This document shows, piece by piece, positions 1-12,890 of a stretch of 64,000 nucleotides of DNA. The notes below the pieces were generated by a model, which worked only from the letters and a program-made list of their open reading frames with translations, ran no database searches and was not told the DNA's origin. Source of the stretch: Rhynchobatus australiae (lineage: Eukaryota); NCBI GenBank assembly GCA_034780895.1, contig JAUZTB010000107.1, positions 62,397,342 to 62,461,341 of the forward strand, read 5' to 3'. Each line of letters begins with the position of its first letter. Position 1 is the first letter of the stretch. The translations under genes were made by a program, and so were the position numbers.

Positions 1-920
1 CCCCCCAAAATTAACCCTGCTCCACTTTAGGACCCTAACCTATGGACTTGCCCTTTCCTTTTCCATCACTATCTTAAAACTAATAGAATTATAGTCACTA
101 GAGCCAAAGTGCTCCCTCACTGTTATTTTGGTAACTTGCTCTGTCTTGTTCCCTAAGAGAAGATTCAGTATTGCACCCTTCTGAGTAGTGTCCTTAATGT
201 ATTGACTCGGGAAACTTTCCTGGACACATTTCACAAATTCCACCCTGTCCAGGCCCTTAACACTCTGGGTAGTTCAGACAATACTGTGGAAATTAAAATC
301 TCCCACTAATACAAATCTATTATTCTTACAACATTGAGCAATTTCTCTTCGTATCTGCTCAAGTTCCCACTGACTATTGGGGTCTATAATACAGCTCCAC
401 TAGAGTGACCCTCCCCTTCTTGTTCTTAAGTTCTGTCCAAGTGACCCCACTGGACCACCCTCCAAGAATGTTGGCTCTAAGTACTGCTGTTACATCCTCC
501 CTTATCAAAAATGCAACACCCCCTTCTCGCTTACCTGTACTTCTGTCATGTCTGTAGCATCTGTATCCTGGAATATTGAGCTGCCATTCCTGCCCTTCTC
601 TTAACCATGTTTCTGTTATGGCTATAACATCCCAGTCCTCGGAGCCAATCCATGCTCCGAGTTCGTCCACCTTAACCTGTTAAAGCTCATGCATTGAAAT
701 AAATGCAGTTTAAAGGCAGGGAAAGGAATTCCTAGTTACTGTGCCCCTGGCTATCCTGATTACTAAACTTGCGCTCGCTGGCTACTGCTTTATCCCATAA
801 CTTGCTCTTGCTCAGAGTCCCACTCCTACCAATCTAGTTTAAACCCTCCTGTGTAGCATTAGTAAATTTCCCTGCAAGGATATTGGCCCCTCTCTAGTTC
901 AAGTGCAACCTGTCCTTCTC
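1..920 (-). mobile_element. CR1-clade LINE fragment (ORF1 end plus ORF2 APE endonuclease), disrupted, runs off the window edge
   Basis: ORFs 374..670 (WDVIAITETWL...LNIPGYRCYRHDR...GGVA...YYRP) and 40..243 (AILNLLL...HFGSSDYNSISF) carry CR1 endonuclease motifs. 840-920 on the minus strand reads DRLHLN*RGANILAGKF, the ORF1 end. Confidence 0.9.
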
Positions 921-1599
921 CCAATAGGTGGCAGTCACCAACTGTTGGACAGGTATTTGAACAAAGTTGGAGGACACAGCTGTTGTAGAAGGCTATGCAA
1001 CTGGGTGTAACACTTTACTTGCAGAGGAGGTCATTTATTTTTCTTCTGTAAGAGCTGTAGAATGCAGAAGCAGGCATAGACTTGATGGACTGAATGATCT
1101 CCTTTAAGAAGGCAGCACAGTTTTTGCTGAATGTCNNNNNNNNNNNNNNNNNNNNNNNNNNNNNNNNNNNNNNNNNNNNNNNNNNNNNNNNNNNNNNNNN
1201 NNNNNNNNNNNNNNNNNNNNNNNNNNNNNNNNNNNCAGTTTTTGCTGAATGTCAATCACTCATCTTACATTAATCTTAATTTTTCGACATGTTGGGCTGA
1301 AGCTTTGTGGTGCAATCTTCCTCTGAGAGGCTGTCTCATCTGCACAGCTTGTTCCAGCACAATCCTGAAGAACGGGTTTTCCATCGGTAGTCGCAGAAAG
1401 GCTTCGGTCATCGGTGAGGACCCCATTCCCAGGCTTGCCCCATAATCAAAGCTATTGTTTAAAATGTGCATTTGCCCATGGATATCTTTGACAAAAGTTC
1501 ACAAATAAAAAACTAGGAGATAATCAATTTTCAAACATTAAAATAATTTAATAATTAAACTGATTTGTGCTTAAATGCTTTTAAACTAATGTAAAATAA

Positions 1600-1682
1600 A
1601 TAAAATATGCTGGAAGTAAGCAGTGGGTGAGCAGAACTGTGGAAAGAAACAGTTAAGGTTTCAGGTCAGTAATGAACCCTCT
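1600..1682 (-). mobile_element. Decayed Penelope-like pseudo-LTR remnant
   Basis: ATGCTGGAAG...CTGTGGAAAGAAACAGTTAAGGTTTCAGGTC resembles the pseudo-LTR copies at 34615-34715 and 40151-40240. Confidence 0.55.
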
Positions 1683-1849
1683 TCCACTCTTTCTCCCTGC
1701 CCTCCACTACTCCTTTCAAGCTTGGATATTATGGTCTCCATGCAGGTCTAGCTGTTATGGAGCAAGAAATACATTGATTACACGAAGAAACGTTATTGCT
1801 TGCTTCTCTTTTTTGGGGAGGGAAAAGTTCGTTAGGTTTACAAAATTGA

Positions 1850-2133
1850 GAAACTTTTCCCTCAGGCAAAGATGTCTGGAACCAAAGGTCATAGATCCAA
1901 AGTATGGAGAAAGAAGTTTAAAGGGGATCTGAGGAAGAATTTTTTTTCACTCAGAGGGTGGTTGTAATCCAGAACATATTGCCTGAGAAGGTGCATTTAA
2001 GAAGCATCTGGACAAGCAGCACTTGAGTAAGCTTGGTAGGCTATGGACCAAGTGCTGGTAAATGGGATTAGTATAGATTGGACTTGATGGTCGACATGGG
2101 CCGAAGGGCCTGTTTCCATTTTGTATGACTCTA
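1850..2133 (+). mobile_element. CR1 LINE 3' end
   Basis: GGGGATCTGAGGAAGAATTTTTTTTCACTCAGAGGGTGGT and the terminal GGGCCGAAGGGCCTGTTTCC...TATGACTCTA match the 3' ends of the CR1 copies ending at 27158 and 31825. Confidence 0.8.
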
Positions 2134-2500
2134 ACCTCCTTTGCCTTGATTACATACCCTGCCAATCGCTGACCTTTTAATTTCATATGCTTATCTTTTT
2201 GATTGTTTGTTTTGAATAAGGTATCATTCTTTTGAAAATTTATTTCTACAAAATTTACCACACCACCTTTTCCAATCCTCTACATTATTTCATTGAAAAC
2301 CTCAAGTAAGTTGCTTTCACATATTTCTTTAGGCTGCCATTCATACCTATGCCAGTTCACTGATCAACCCAACCTATCCCATTCCCCCACATGTATCCCT
2401 GTAACCTATTGTAAATCCTTTTAAGTACCTAATGATTCTTCCACCAGCCACTTGCACTGGGGATCATATGCAGTAATCAGTTAAGCTAACNNNNNNNNNN

Positions 2501-2965
2501 CATGCACCCACAGGGAGAACATGCAAACTCCACAGCACCAGAGATCAGAATAGAACCTGGGTCACTGGGACCATGAGGCAGATGCATTACCTGCAATGCC
2601 ACTGTGCTGCTGCCTTAAAGAGGTAGGATATTCAGTCCATCAAGTCCATACTGGCTTTCAGAGTACTTCTATCAGTCCCTTTCCCCACACTTATTTTCCC
2701 TCCAAGTTACTTTTCATATGCCTATCAACACTTTTGTCTTATCTCCCCCAACTTCTAATTATTCTGCTATCAACGTGGACTGAGATAAATTTACAGCAGA
2801 AAATGAACCCATTAACCAATTTATCTGTGGGACGTGGGCAGAAACTGGAAAACCTGGAGGGAACCCAGACAGTAAGAGGAGATGTTGCAAATGGAGAACA
2901 TTAAAGGTCAGGATCGAATCTTGGTTGTTGGATTTGTGCAGCAGCCACACTAATACAGTGCTGCT
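2501..2965 (-). mobile_element. Two adjacent decayed HE1/V-SINE-like tRNA SINEs
   Basis: GGGAGAACATGCAAACTCCAC...GAACCTGGGTCACTGG (2510-2570) and GGAAAACCTGGAGGGAACCCA...GGTCAGGATCGAA (2847-2920) are reverse complements of the SINE head seen at 8322 and 16497. Confidence 0.65.
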
Positions 2966-4589
2966 TGTCAGATGTGATTTGCCTTCAACAAATTGATAAC
3001 TTCTTCCTTTGGGGGAAGCAAAGATTAAATTTGTTCTTGACTGTGGATTCCCTGCATCACTCATGTGAGTCTGGCCTTGAGCTACTAGGGTCAGTTGATA
3101 GGTTTAAGATGGGGATGACAGATTTTTGTTAATTAAGGAGATCAAAGAATATAAGACATTTTCCTGCACTGCAACACTTGCTACTCTTTTAAACTACTTT
3201 GGCTTTACGGTGGCCTGAAGAAGATGGGAAAGGCACCACAACAATACAAGTTGCTCCCCTTTAAGTGTTTTGGGTGGAGGGTGATTGGTGTGGACTGGAG
3301 GCAAATAGAGTTGAGGTACATATGTAATGGAATAGCCGAACAGGTTTAAGGAGCAAAAAAAGTCTGTTACTATTTTCTATCAGGCTTTGCTTTAGTTTGT
3401 AAGCACCCTTTGGGAAAACGATAAATAGGGCTATTGCACATCCTCATGTATTTGGAAAGCTAAAAGTAATTGTTAGAATTATTGGCCTGTCGAGAAATGG
3501 TTCGAGATATCTTCAGAAGATTACTATTTGAAAAATCTTCTTTGATATGGCTTGATTGACTGCTCTTTTCTCTGAAGTCTCCTGGGTTTTACATTCTGCA
3601 GGCTATTGGCTAGCTTCGGTTACGTTGACTTCAAGAAAAAGGCAGAACTTATAGCCATGCATACAAAGACATTACCAGCCAGCATTGACAGCTTGTTGGT
3701 CAGTGGGAAGTGTACTTCTCTGCCTAAGTACTACAGGCACAGACATTGATGCTTTGAAAGTATTGCAAATAATATCTGATTTCAATTTACACAGATTATT
3801 GTATCCCATCCTTGTTTATATATCCAGAGAGACTCCAACTTCATAATTGGCATGCTGATCACTTTGTGCAAAAATTATTTGTCATCAGTCCTAAAATTAT
3901 CTTTTACCAGCTTGTAGCCATATCATTCCACAGTTTAATCAACTTTAACTTTCGCTTAGTGTCAATTGTCTCCATTCTAGGCTGAGTACCCCATAGGCTG
4001 GATGATACTGGCCTGGCCACCCCTACTCTCTAGTGCTGTTGCCCAGTCTCCACCCACCTCTTCACTTGTGGATTGGGTGCGGAGGTTTCCCCCTGCCCAC
4101 CCCCCTCCCCCACCGGCTACATTAAAGATATTGAACTAAAGCAAAGTAACTTTGCTGCCTTAATCTTTATCCTGAAGTCCTTATTGAAATCTATGCAGTT
4201 CTGGTATGTGTGCCTGATGTGACGTTGCACACAACCTGGGGGCGGGGCGGGGTGGCGGCAGGGTTGTTATTCTTCCTCCTTGCACTTCCGCAGCTAATGT
4301 TGGGGTGGAGAAACCGGCAAGAACAGGCTTCGCTGCTAGTTCCCAGTGGCAAAACAACTAAGGACAGGTTTTGACAGCTAGCTGTGTAACTTCTCATAGA
4401 TTGATCCTTCTAGGTCCATCTGTAATAGCAGACTTCTGCATTTCACATGCATTTGTGGAATTCCAAGTCTTAAGTTAATTTTTTAATGTTGAGCATTGGC
4501 TGCCCATGTATGATCTGCCTGCTTCAATGAACACAGTCTGGCCATGAGATTTCCCATCATTACTTGTGCTTGGGTATTGCTGTCAAAAC

Positions 4590-5050
4590 CTGTCACTACC
4601 AGCCTTGAGTGGTGGGCTTCTTTCTAAAATTGCCACAGTCCCGATGGAAGTTGGAACTCTTCACAATAGGTAGGAGTTCAAGGATTTTGACCTTGCAATA
4701 ACGAAGAACTGGTTATTGCAACTGGTAACCCTAAAGCAAGTCCAAAGTGAGATGAGTTGGAGATGATTGTGTCCCTGTGCATCCCTTGGCTGTGTTCATG
4801 GTCAAGGTCAGTGGATTTGGAAGATGGGGCAAAAGAAGCCCAGTAACTTTGCTGAAAGTGGGAATTGGCCCTCGGGATTCTTTTATTCACTGCTACTGGT
4901 TTTTGGTGATAAGATCTGAACGCCATGTTCAAAATTTTGGCTGACTTGAGAGTGTTGATGATAACAATTTCAATGAAGACTTCAGTATCCTGTTGGCTTA
5001 GTTGATTAGCACTCTCCATTAACTGAGCATGTTTGGTGTTGAATGTGTGA
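4590..5050 (-). mobile_element. Old LINE 3' fragment (CR1/L2 group)
   Basis: Decayed repeat similar to 30770-30865 and to the reverse complement of 49080-49280. The family assignment is by recognition only. Confidence 0.4.
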
Positions 5051-5886
5051 AGGTAGCTTTATTCCCTAGGGAGGGTGGATGCCAATTTTTTTTGTTCCAA
5101 TGTGTGACACTTCATACCTTTCTGCATTAAGTTTCATCTGCTTGGATATTTTGTAACTTGGATTTCACTGCCCCTCCCTGTTTGATAGAACCTGCATATT
5201 TGATCATGCAGCTTTATCTCCTGTGGGGGCTTGGCGAGAGCATTCACTTTGAATACTTGCTATTTCATGCTCCAGTTCAACTCCATTTGTGTTGTTTTCT
5301 TACTGTGCAACATTAATCCTGGCAAAAAAAAGATTTGAACTGGGCTTGTGCATCCTGATGCAGGAACTTTGTTTTTTGGGTGCATCTCTGGCTTTGAGTG
5401 TTGTGTAAAGACAGATAATATTTGGAAAGGCTTTGAATTGTTACTCAAAAGGAATAATATTTGCTTAACCAGGTTGTGTTCCATTTCTGAGTGGAGAAAG
5501 AGAAATGAGAAGTGCTATTTTTGCAAACTGGTGCTCAGCGGTTCACTTGGGAGCTGCCTTCTACAATTATCTTTATTCTGTTCTCTAGATGTTTGGGGGA
5601 AAGAAGTGTTATTCTGCACGTTGTGCCTCGTGTCAGTGTAAGGGGCTGATTGGCTGAGAAGCAAATATCAATGTCATTACTGGAATAACTGGTAGCTTGC
5701 AATGATTTGTAGCCTGGAGGATGGAGATTGGCAGAGAAAGAGGAAAGAGTTGTGCAAATATCACATTGCTAGGTAAAAGCATATTTGTCTTCTAGTTAGT
5801 ATGTAGGTGTGATCATCTTGAATTAAAGCAGTACTGTGAGGTATTAAATATTGCAGGTATTTAACAATTGACATGGAATTTTTCAG

Positions 5887-6007
5887 GTCTACAGCTATGA
5901 TTCGTATAGTGGCACCTACACTCCACAGCCGCCTCCTGCATCACAGCAAGTAATCTACACACCCAACGGTCAGCCTTATGCCGTGGCCTATCAGTATCCC
6001 TACCAAG
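5887..6007 (+). CDS. PLEKHB2: PLEKHB2 (evectin-2) penultimate coding exon, VYSYDSYSGTYTPQPPPASQQVIYTPNGQPYAVAYQYPYQ(G)
   Basis: Acceptor TTTTTCAG ends at 5886 and donor GTGAGT starts at 6008. The exon is 121 nt, phase 0 to phase 1, and open. The peptide closely resembles human evectin-2 QVVYAANGQAYAVPYQYPYAG (recalled sequence). It splices in frame to 12760. Confidence 0.93.
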
Positions 6008-7679
6008 GTGAGTCTGTTTGCATCAGCATTTTCTGTACTTCATAGAAATCCATTGACTGAAAGGTCATCCTAATGAGACAATCAAATTTACAGGTTAAAA
6101 GTGCAGCTTCCCCGTTCAACGATCTAACCCTCATTCAGTATAACATTTTGTGACATCTGAGTTTTAGGAAAAAAAGGCTTTCAGGTTACTCTTGGTCTGT
6201 AGTTGAAATGTGTTTTAATTGCTGGTGAATTTCCTGCTGCTGTTTGCTTCCCCATGTGATAATTTCAGGAACTCATGGCTGCTGCTTGCCCCTCTGCCAA
6301 TTGTTTTGCCGGCCTGAGTGAGGACAAATTCAGGGCAATTGCTCGTTCTCCATTCTTTCGCTGACTATGTTCTCTGGTCATCCTCTGGATTATAGAGTAC
6401 TGTGTTGCCTCAAAAAGAGGTTAGAATGTACAATGAGGCTCTCCTCATCTGAACTTTGCCTGAAGTATCAGCAGGGAGGATGTTGGCACTAAAGCCCAGG
6501 CATGTGAACGCAGGCAGAACCCAGGCAGCTTTGCTTCACTTATTCTGATTAGAGAAAAAACTTCACAACCAGACCTTAAAGTTGCAAAATGTACCACAAG
6601 ATGCAGTAGGGCATGCTACATTACACATTAAACTCCATTAACAAAATGCTTTATCATTTGACATTGAACATTTGCATTCATTACATTATTGGCTTGTTTG
6701 TAGCATATTATAATTTCATGGGACCGTGGATATAAAGCCATTAAGTTGAGTAGAATTTTGACCAATTTTGACTGGATTGAAATTAGTAAGCAGAAAAAGA
6801 TAGTTTCTAACTTCAAGTTTCAGACAACAGATTCCCATAATTTAACTGTTTTCAATTACTGATGAAGTGATAGGAATTGGTCAGGATGATAGTTGGGTTT
6901 GATTGTAATAACTTGAGTTTAGAAGTTGATACAGAAGTTGTGTGTGTGATTAACCTTTCATGGGATACCTGTTGTTGGTTTATACGATATGCTTGTTGTA
7001 AATAAGCTTTGGAGGCATTCCTCTGCCAGTGTTTGCTGGCAAGGAACGTTTTGGAGAAGTTGAAATGACGTAACATGTCTTGTTCAGTTTTGCCATTGTC
7101 AGGCCAGATGGTGGCAGTGTTCAGCTACTTTTGAAACTCTAAATTCACCTTATGGGGAAAAATGAACCTTCGTTTTTTCGCTGACCTTGAATCATGGGTA
7201 GTTCATTATTTTACAAAGACTTGGCATTGTTGGGTCAATGTGAAAATGATTAATGGATAACAACTCTGTTCNNNNNNNNNNNNNNNNNNTTTATATGTGC
7301 TACACATCTGCTAATCATTGCTGAATTTGGAACTGCTTTTTGAAAACTATCAGATAATAATTATGATTTTATTTTTCTGCATGCTGTGGCATGACTTTCT
7401 AAAGCATTCTTAATGTTATTTGCATTCTCGTGCAGGACTTGCACTAGGCTAGACCTTTCCCACCTTGGTTGAATTGGTTTTGATTGACAAATATCATGTA
7501 ACTGCCAGTGTGAAATTTATCAAGTACATCTATTTTTGGAGAAATGCTGATGCAACAATCCATTAATCTCCAACGTACCTCATTTCTTGGGGTACTTGCC
7601 AATGCCATCTTGGTTTTAATCAGGGTAGCTTTCTGTCACAATTGCTAGTACTAATTTAAAATGCTTGTTTTCATTTTGA

Positions 7680-8130
7680 GTCCATTCAGCCCATCATGGA
7701 GTTAGCCAGTTAATCACTTTCCTATTCATTCTGCCTGTTTTTTAAAAATCTTTTCCAAGCTTTTATCCAATCCATTTTGGAAAGTGCATGACCTTCAAGC
7801 AATTCAAGATTACTGCAAACTATTGCATGAGGGGCTTTGTTTTGCTGCCTTGTCTTTCTTTCTCTTCAGTCATTTATATATAACCCACTTGTCAATGGAA
7901 ACAGTTATAGTTTTTGGCCTCATTTCATCCACTGCACTAAATGGTGTTAATTTTGAAAATCTCTAAAATCTTTCCTTAACGCTTGCTGCTGCAAAGTGAA
8001 CAATCCCGACTTACTTGCATTGCTAACTAACAATCCCACTGCCTAGACGATCTTGTAATGCATCAGTTCGGCTTTATCTCAATAATTGTCTATTGAACAT
8101 TGACTAGTTATTGTCATAACACCATGCTTT
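7680..8130 (-). mobile_element. Highly decayed CR1 3' fragment
   Basis: CCATTCAGCCCATC...TTTATCCAATCCATTTTGGAA...AACAATCCCGACTT follows the reverse-strand layout of CR1 3' ends. Confidence 0.45.
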
Positions 8131-8321
8131 TGTGATATTTTGTACTCATTCTATGCTTGCCTTGATCTCATTATCAAAGATCATTNNNNNNAATGGGGTT
8201 CTTCAAGCACCTCCCCCAAGTGCGCTAGGTCGTGTCGTTTTCCAGATGGAACTTGTGCATGTGCTTGTAATTACCATGCAGCTGGTGTACATTTTAGAGG
8301 TGATGCACCAGTTTCTCTAGA

Positions 8322-8655
8322 GGCACATGGGTGCAAGTGGTAGAACTGCTACCGCACAGCTCTAGCACTTGGGAGAGGTGCTGGGTTCAATGTTGATCTC
8401 TGGTACAGTCTGCGTGGAGTTTGCATGTTCTTCCTCTGATCATGTGACTTTTCTGGGGTGCTCCAGTTTCCCCCCACATTCCAAGGATCTGCAGGTTGGT
8501 AGTTTAATTGGCCACTTTAAATTACCCTTACTGTGTAAGGTGAGTAATGGAATATCGGGGGAGAATAGGTTGCTGGGAAAATGAGTGGGGGAATGGGATT
8601 GCTCAGTGAGCCAGGTTAGACTAGATATGCCAACGTGGCCACCTTGCTGTAAGGA
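8322..8655 (+). mobile_element. HE1/V-SINE-like tRNA-derived SINE
   Basis: A-box-like GGTGCAAGTGGTAG, B-box-like GGGTTCAATG, then the conserved core TGCGTGGAGTTTGCATGTTCTTCC...GGGTGCTCCAGTTTCCCCCCACATTCCAA. Confidence 0.8.
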
Positions 8656-11600
8656 AAATAGGTAAGTTAGAGGGATTTGACATTTATGGAGTGCACCCAT
8701 GAAACTAAACTTTTCTCCCTGCGAAAATAGAATGGTCCTTGTGCATGTTGATTTTGAGCATGTAAATAAGATTATGGAGACAATAGCCCATATACCTCAT
8801 GAAACCCAAATTAAATTCTTGAACCCAATGGCATGTAGATTACCATTGGGTCCACAATTAATTTATCATACTGTTTATATAACTGGTTAATCCTGGAAGC
8901 TGAGCCACTGTTGCAATCAAGGCCATATTTGAATTTACCCTAGTGTAATGAAAATATTTTCAAGTTCATTCCTTGTTCTTTACTGATTCAGTAGCAAGAG
9001 GTATTTGCAAACAAAGGAAGCACGAAACATGTGTGAAAGGTTATAGAAACTACTTTGTTGGAGCTATATACAGAATAAATTACAGAAAGGAAGAATAATT
9101 AGCAAAATACAGAAGGAAGCCAAACAATACTTAACTACCAATCAATGAAGTGATCTATCTAATGATAGAGGGAACCTCTGGTGTCTGACTGCCATTCATG
9201 CAGCCTTCTGTCTTTCACTTAGCACAGGTTGCGATCCAGCCTAAGGGAAGATTCCGATTTGCACAAAGCAGGTGCCCCTCTTTTATACCCTTCAAAAACT
9301 TAATGTAACTTTTACCCCAGTACTACTTCCATTCCTTAAGTGTACCAGCCTGTACCACCTTATCACTTGCGATCTTTGACCTAGACACACAACTTAGAAA
9401 CAGGTCTGAAGGAATACACGTTTATCATTCTTGTCTGCTCTCAAGGCTGTGCATCTGTACTCCCCTAACTTCTCAAAACATTCCCACATTCTGAGTTGAC
9501 ACCATTTTGTCTTGCAACCACCATTTTGTGTTACACACGACTCCTTACATACTAAAGAGGAATCAGAAATGACTTCTGGCTAATTTTACTCTTTCCTTAC
9601 ACCAAGTATGTCCCAACCTTTTCCAGCCAAGCACACCTGCATTAATTATATTTTACTGCAGAGCATACACACACCCGTGGCATCTCTATTCCTCATGCAG
9701 CACCCTTTTGAAATTTTAAACAAAATGAAGCTTCATTATTAAAGCTGGACTCTATCCTGCCAGAAGCAGTTGATAATGTAATTTAGAGCTCCTATTCCAC
9801 CTATCTCAGATGCTCTCTTTTTTGACATTAGTCAGGTTTGGGAAAACTTGTCTAAATATATTGTTGAAAATGGCAATGAAACTGAGATTCTGAATTTTGA
9901 GAGTACTGGATATTCACTTGCAGCAGTCAACTGGATCAATATGTCCTCAAATGCTTAAAATTTACATTGGTAAAAGCACTGCTGATAATGCCGGGAGGAA
10001 TCTTTCAAAGCTGCCACTTCATTGTAAGCCTGAGAGCCAACTTGCATCTAAACCTGTGCAATTTATCAGGGCTGGTGAGATGTTTTCAGATCACTGAGGT
10101 GTCACCTGGGTAGGAGGGCTTTACACAACGTGGTACATTCGCAGGCAGGATGCTGTATGCAGATGGTGTGAGGTTGAGAAGTTTTGCTTCCTCTCTCAGG
10201 TAATACAAATGTGACAGAACTTTTCCAAAGGAAAGCCAGCATATTACTTAGTGCAGCAGCAGTCCCTGATGTTGTGCTCCCATTTCTTCACACAACAACG
10301 TGAAAAGACAGGTTCAAAAACCATGGTTTACTAGAATTGCTTTGTTCAATACCATGAAGAGTACTTTTACATTTTAGTGCTTCCAGTGTTGTAAGAAGTA
10401 GTAGGTTAGCAGCATATCTGGGTATCCCTGTTTACCTTGATTCAAAAAAAAGCTATTTGGGAAATGTATCCATTCCATTTATCCTTTCTCAAGGTAAGCC
10501 ATTGTCATTTAATATTTCTCTCTAATCATATTAACTATTGCAAAATATATCTTCTTTACCATCTCCATAGTGTACCTGGTGTTAACCTAGAGCTGAGCAT
10601 GACCATTGATATCTGTTCACCTATCAAGCTATAAATGGTCTTATTGTCAACATAGTATCAATATGGTAACTTGTACTGAAAGAGGAGCCATTTATTTTAT
10701 TGACTGCAGAATAGCCCAGAGTTACACTCAATGTTTTTAAATGCTGATAATATACTGCAAATGCAGTACAACCTGCACAACAAGCTGTGACCAAATAGCT
10801 TGCCACCAGTGGTGTACCAGGCACTGTTACATTCCTTCAGAATCGACACTTGGTTCTTTTTTTGGGGGGGAAGAGAAGAAATCCTTGAAGATGAGAGACA
10901 GGTGTTTGGTTGTAAGATGTCATTTCAGCATAATTGGCAGGGAGAGGTTGATATCATTTTCCTCTACATTTATATCTGCCAATTTGCAAAGTCAAAACTG
11001 CTTCTCATCATTACAAAATGTGCTGCAAATTAAGTGGGAAGCTGACAATTGGAGGTACTTTTCAGATCGAGCTTGTGTGTAGGCAAATTCAGAAAGGTCC
11101 CAGGCTAACCAAATTTTCTAATTTGTCCATCTTAATGTTGGCTTAATGATTATTTCTCATCCCCACACACTTTTCTGTTCTGTCTCCTTGAGTATCTGCA
11201 TTTAAATGGCTCGTTGAATTTTCATGCCTGTCATATGGAGTCTGAGCAGTTATTGTTGATTATATTACCTCTCTTTGTTCTTCCCACCAGGCATGAAAAT
11301 TCAACCAGCCATTTAAATGTTTGCATTTTTCTATGTTAAGTTTTGGCATGTGAGTGTGCACTCAGCCTATCTTTATCAGCCTGATCTGCTGCTGTTTTCC
11401 CCTTGCTGTTTAGTAGATGTTAAGTATTGTGTTTCGTGTACATTTGAAAAATGTATTCTGCTCTCAGGTCCGAGTTATTAAAATACATTTGGAGAAACAT
11501 TGATCCTCGTATGAGCTCCTGGGAAACCACACTATACATTTCCCTGCAGTCCGAACAGCAACCTTTCACTAATATGTTTTCTGTTACTTGGGTAACTTGC

Positions 11601-11729
11601 TACCCATTGGCCACAGGCTCTTTTGTGCCCTTCAATCCTGTTGACAGGCATATTATGTGGCACCTTATGAAATGACTTTTTAGAAGTCTGCATACAATAT
11701 ACCAACTTCAACCTGGAATCACACTTGTC

Positions 11730-12210
11730 ATCACAGCGTTCTCTCTCTGTACCCCTAAATATAAAATCCCCTATAGCGATTGCTCTCTTGACTGTTCCCT
11801 CCCTCCCCCTGTATAGCAGAGTCACTTATGGTGCCAAGGTCTTGAACCAAAAGGCTGCACTCCCAAAAGGAGCCCTCTTAACCTCTCGGTGTTCAGAACT
11901 TTATACTGGTTATAGAACAAGATGCCCTTGCGAGACTCTTGAATTACCTGCCTGTTTGCTGTTTGTCTGCCTGACTGTCATCAACTCCCCTCCATCTATA
12001 TGCCTTTTATAGGGTAAACACTTCCCGAAGCATGCTATCCACGACATGCTCAACTTTGCAGAAAGACTGCAGTGACTTCAGCTGTTGTTTAGACCGTGCA
12101 GCCCAGAACTTGAGCTCTTGCAGCTGACAACATTTTTTGTACGTGGAAGTTTCCTGTAGTTCCCACATGCCACAAGATACAAATTCCATGAGTCTGAGAT
12201 GCCCTTCCAT
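11730..12210 (-). mobile_element. CR1 ORF1 fragment (Cys-rich region plus SGNH/GDSL esterase start)
   Basis: ORFs 12007..12210 (SCGMWELQE...KKCCQLQEL) and 11532..11825 (AIAIGDFIFRGTE, a decayed VIGDSIVRGTD) match CR1 ORF1 as also seen at 45544..45846. Confidence 0.75.
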
Positions 12211-12759
12211 AGTTTGTTTTACTTAAATTCCAGAATTTAAAATAGATTTAAAATTTTCTCTTCAATTCACTGCTCTTTGATTGTTCACTGATCTGTTCTT
12301 CCAGAGGTAATAGAGGAGACTGATTCAGATGTGGTTCAAAAGGGAGCATTCCTTATTGAAGACCTCTTGTATAATACCTCAATGTACTGATGTGAGGAAA
12401 TGATCTGTGGGATGGCATTCCAAACAGTTTTTCACTGTACCTCTATACATGTGACAATAATAAACACCATTTACCAATTTACAGCATTTGAAGTTGACAT
12501 ACTTCTGCCATCAACAATTTGTCTGGATTTTTCTAGATGATCCCCTGGCTGCCCATATTTAAATGGTCTGGATGCAGAGAGCTGATCTCATTTGGCTTCT
12601 GCACCCTGGATTTGGGTGGCTAGATTTGCTTAAGTGGCTCCGTTTCAATCTTGGCCAATTACATCCCAATGTTTAAGGCGCAATGTAAGTGTAAGTTGCT
12701 TTTAAAAGTCAAAGCGATGTTCATCTTATAGATTAACTTCTCGCATTCATGACCCACAG

Positions 12760-12890
12760 GTCCTTACCCCCCAGCAACCAATCATGTAATCATTCAAGAC
12801 CGGCGACGTGATGATGGAGACCTGGCACTGGGTATGGTGGCAGGAGCTGCCACTGGTATGGCACTGGGATCATTGTTCTGGGCATTCTAG
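12760..12890 (+). CDS. PLEKHB2: PLEKHB2 last coding exon with C-terminal membrane anchor, (G)PYPPATNHVIIQDRRRDDGDLALGMVAGAATGMALGSLFWAF*
   Basis: Acceptor CCCACAG ends at 12759. Phase 1 matches the previous exon and TAG lies at 12888-12890. The C-terminus nearly matches evectin-2 DLALGMLAGAATGMALGSLFWVF and differs from the PLEKHB1 end (GSLMWSPCWF); both sequences recalled. Confidence 0.95.

Noticed and set aside
1118-1253. Identical CAGTTTTTGCTGAATGTC on both sides of a 100-N gap
   Set aside because: Typical contig-overlap assembly artefact. The same pattern occurs at 32729/32848 and 59593/59762.
8322-8420. tRNA-like A and B boxes
   Set aside because: These are SINE heads. No cloverleaf is present, so no tRNA gene was called.
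9500-9529. Direct repeat CACCATTTTGT twice
   Set aside because: Too short to support an LTR or regulatory call without further evidence.
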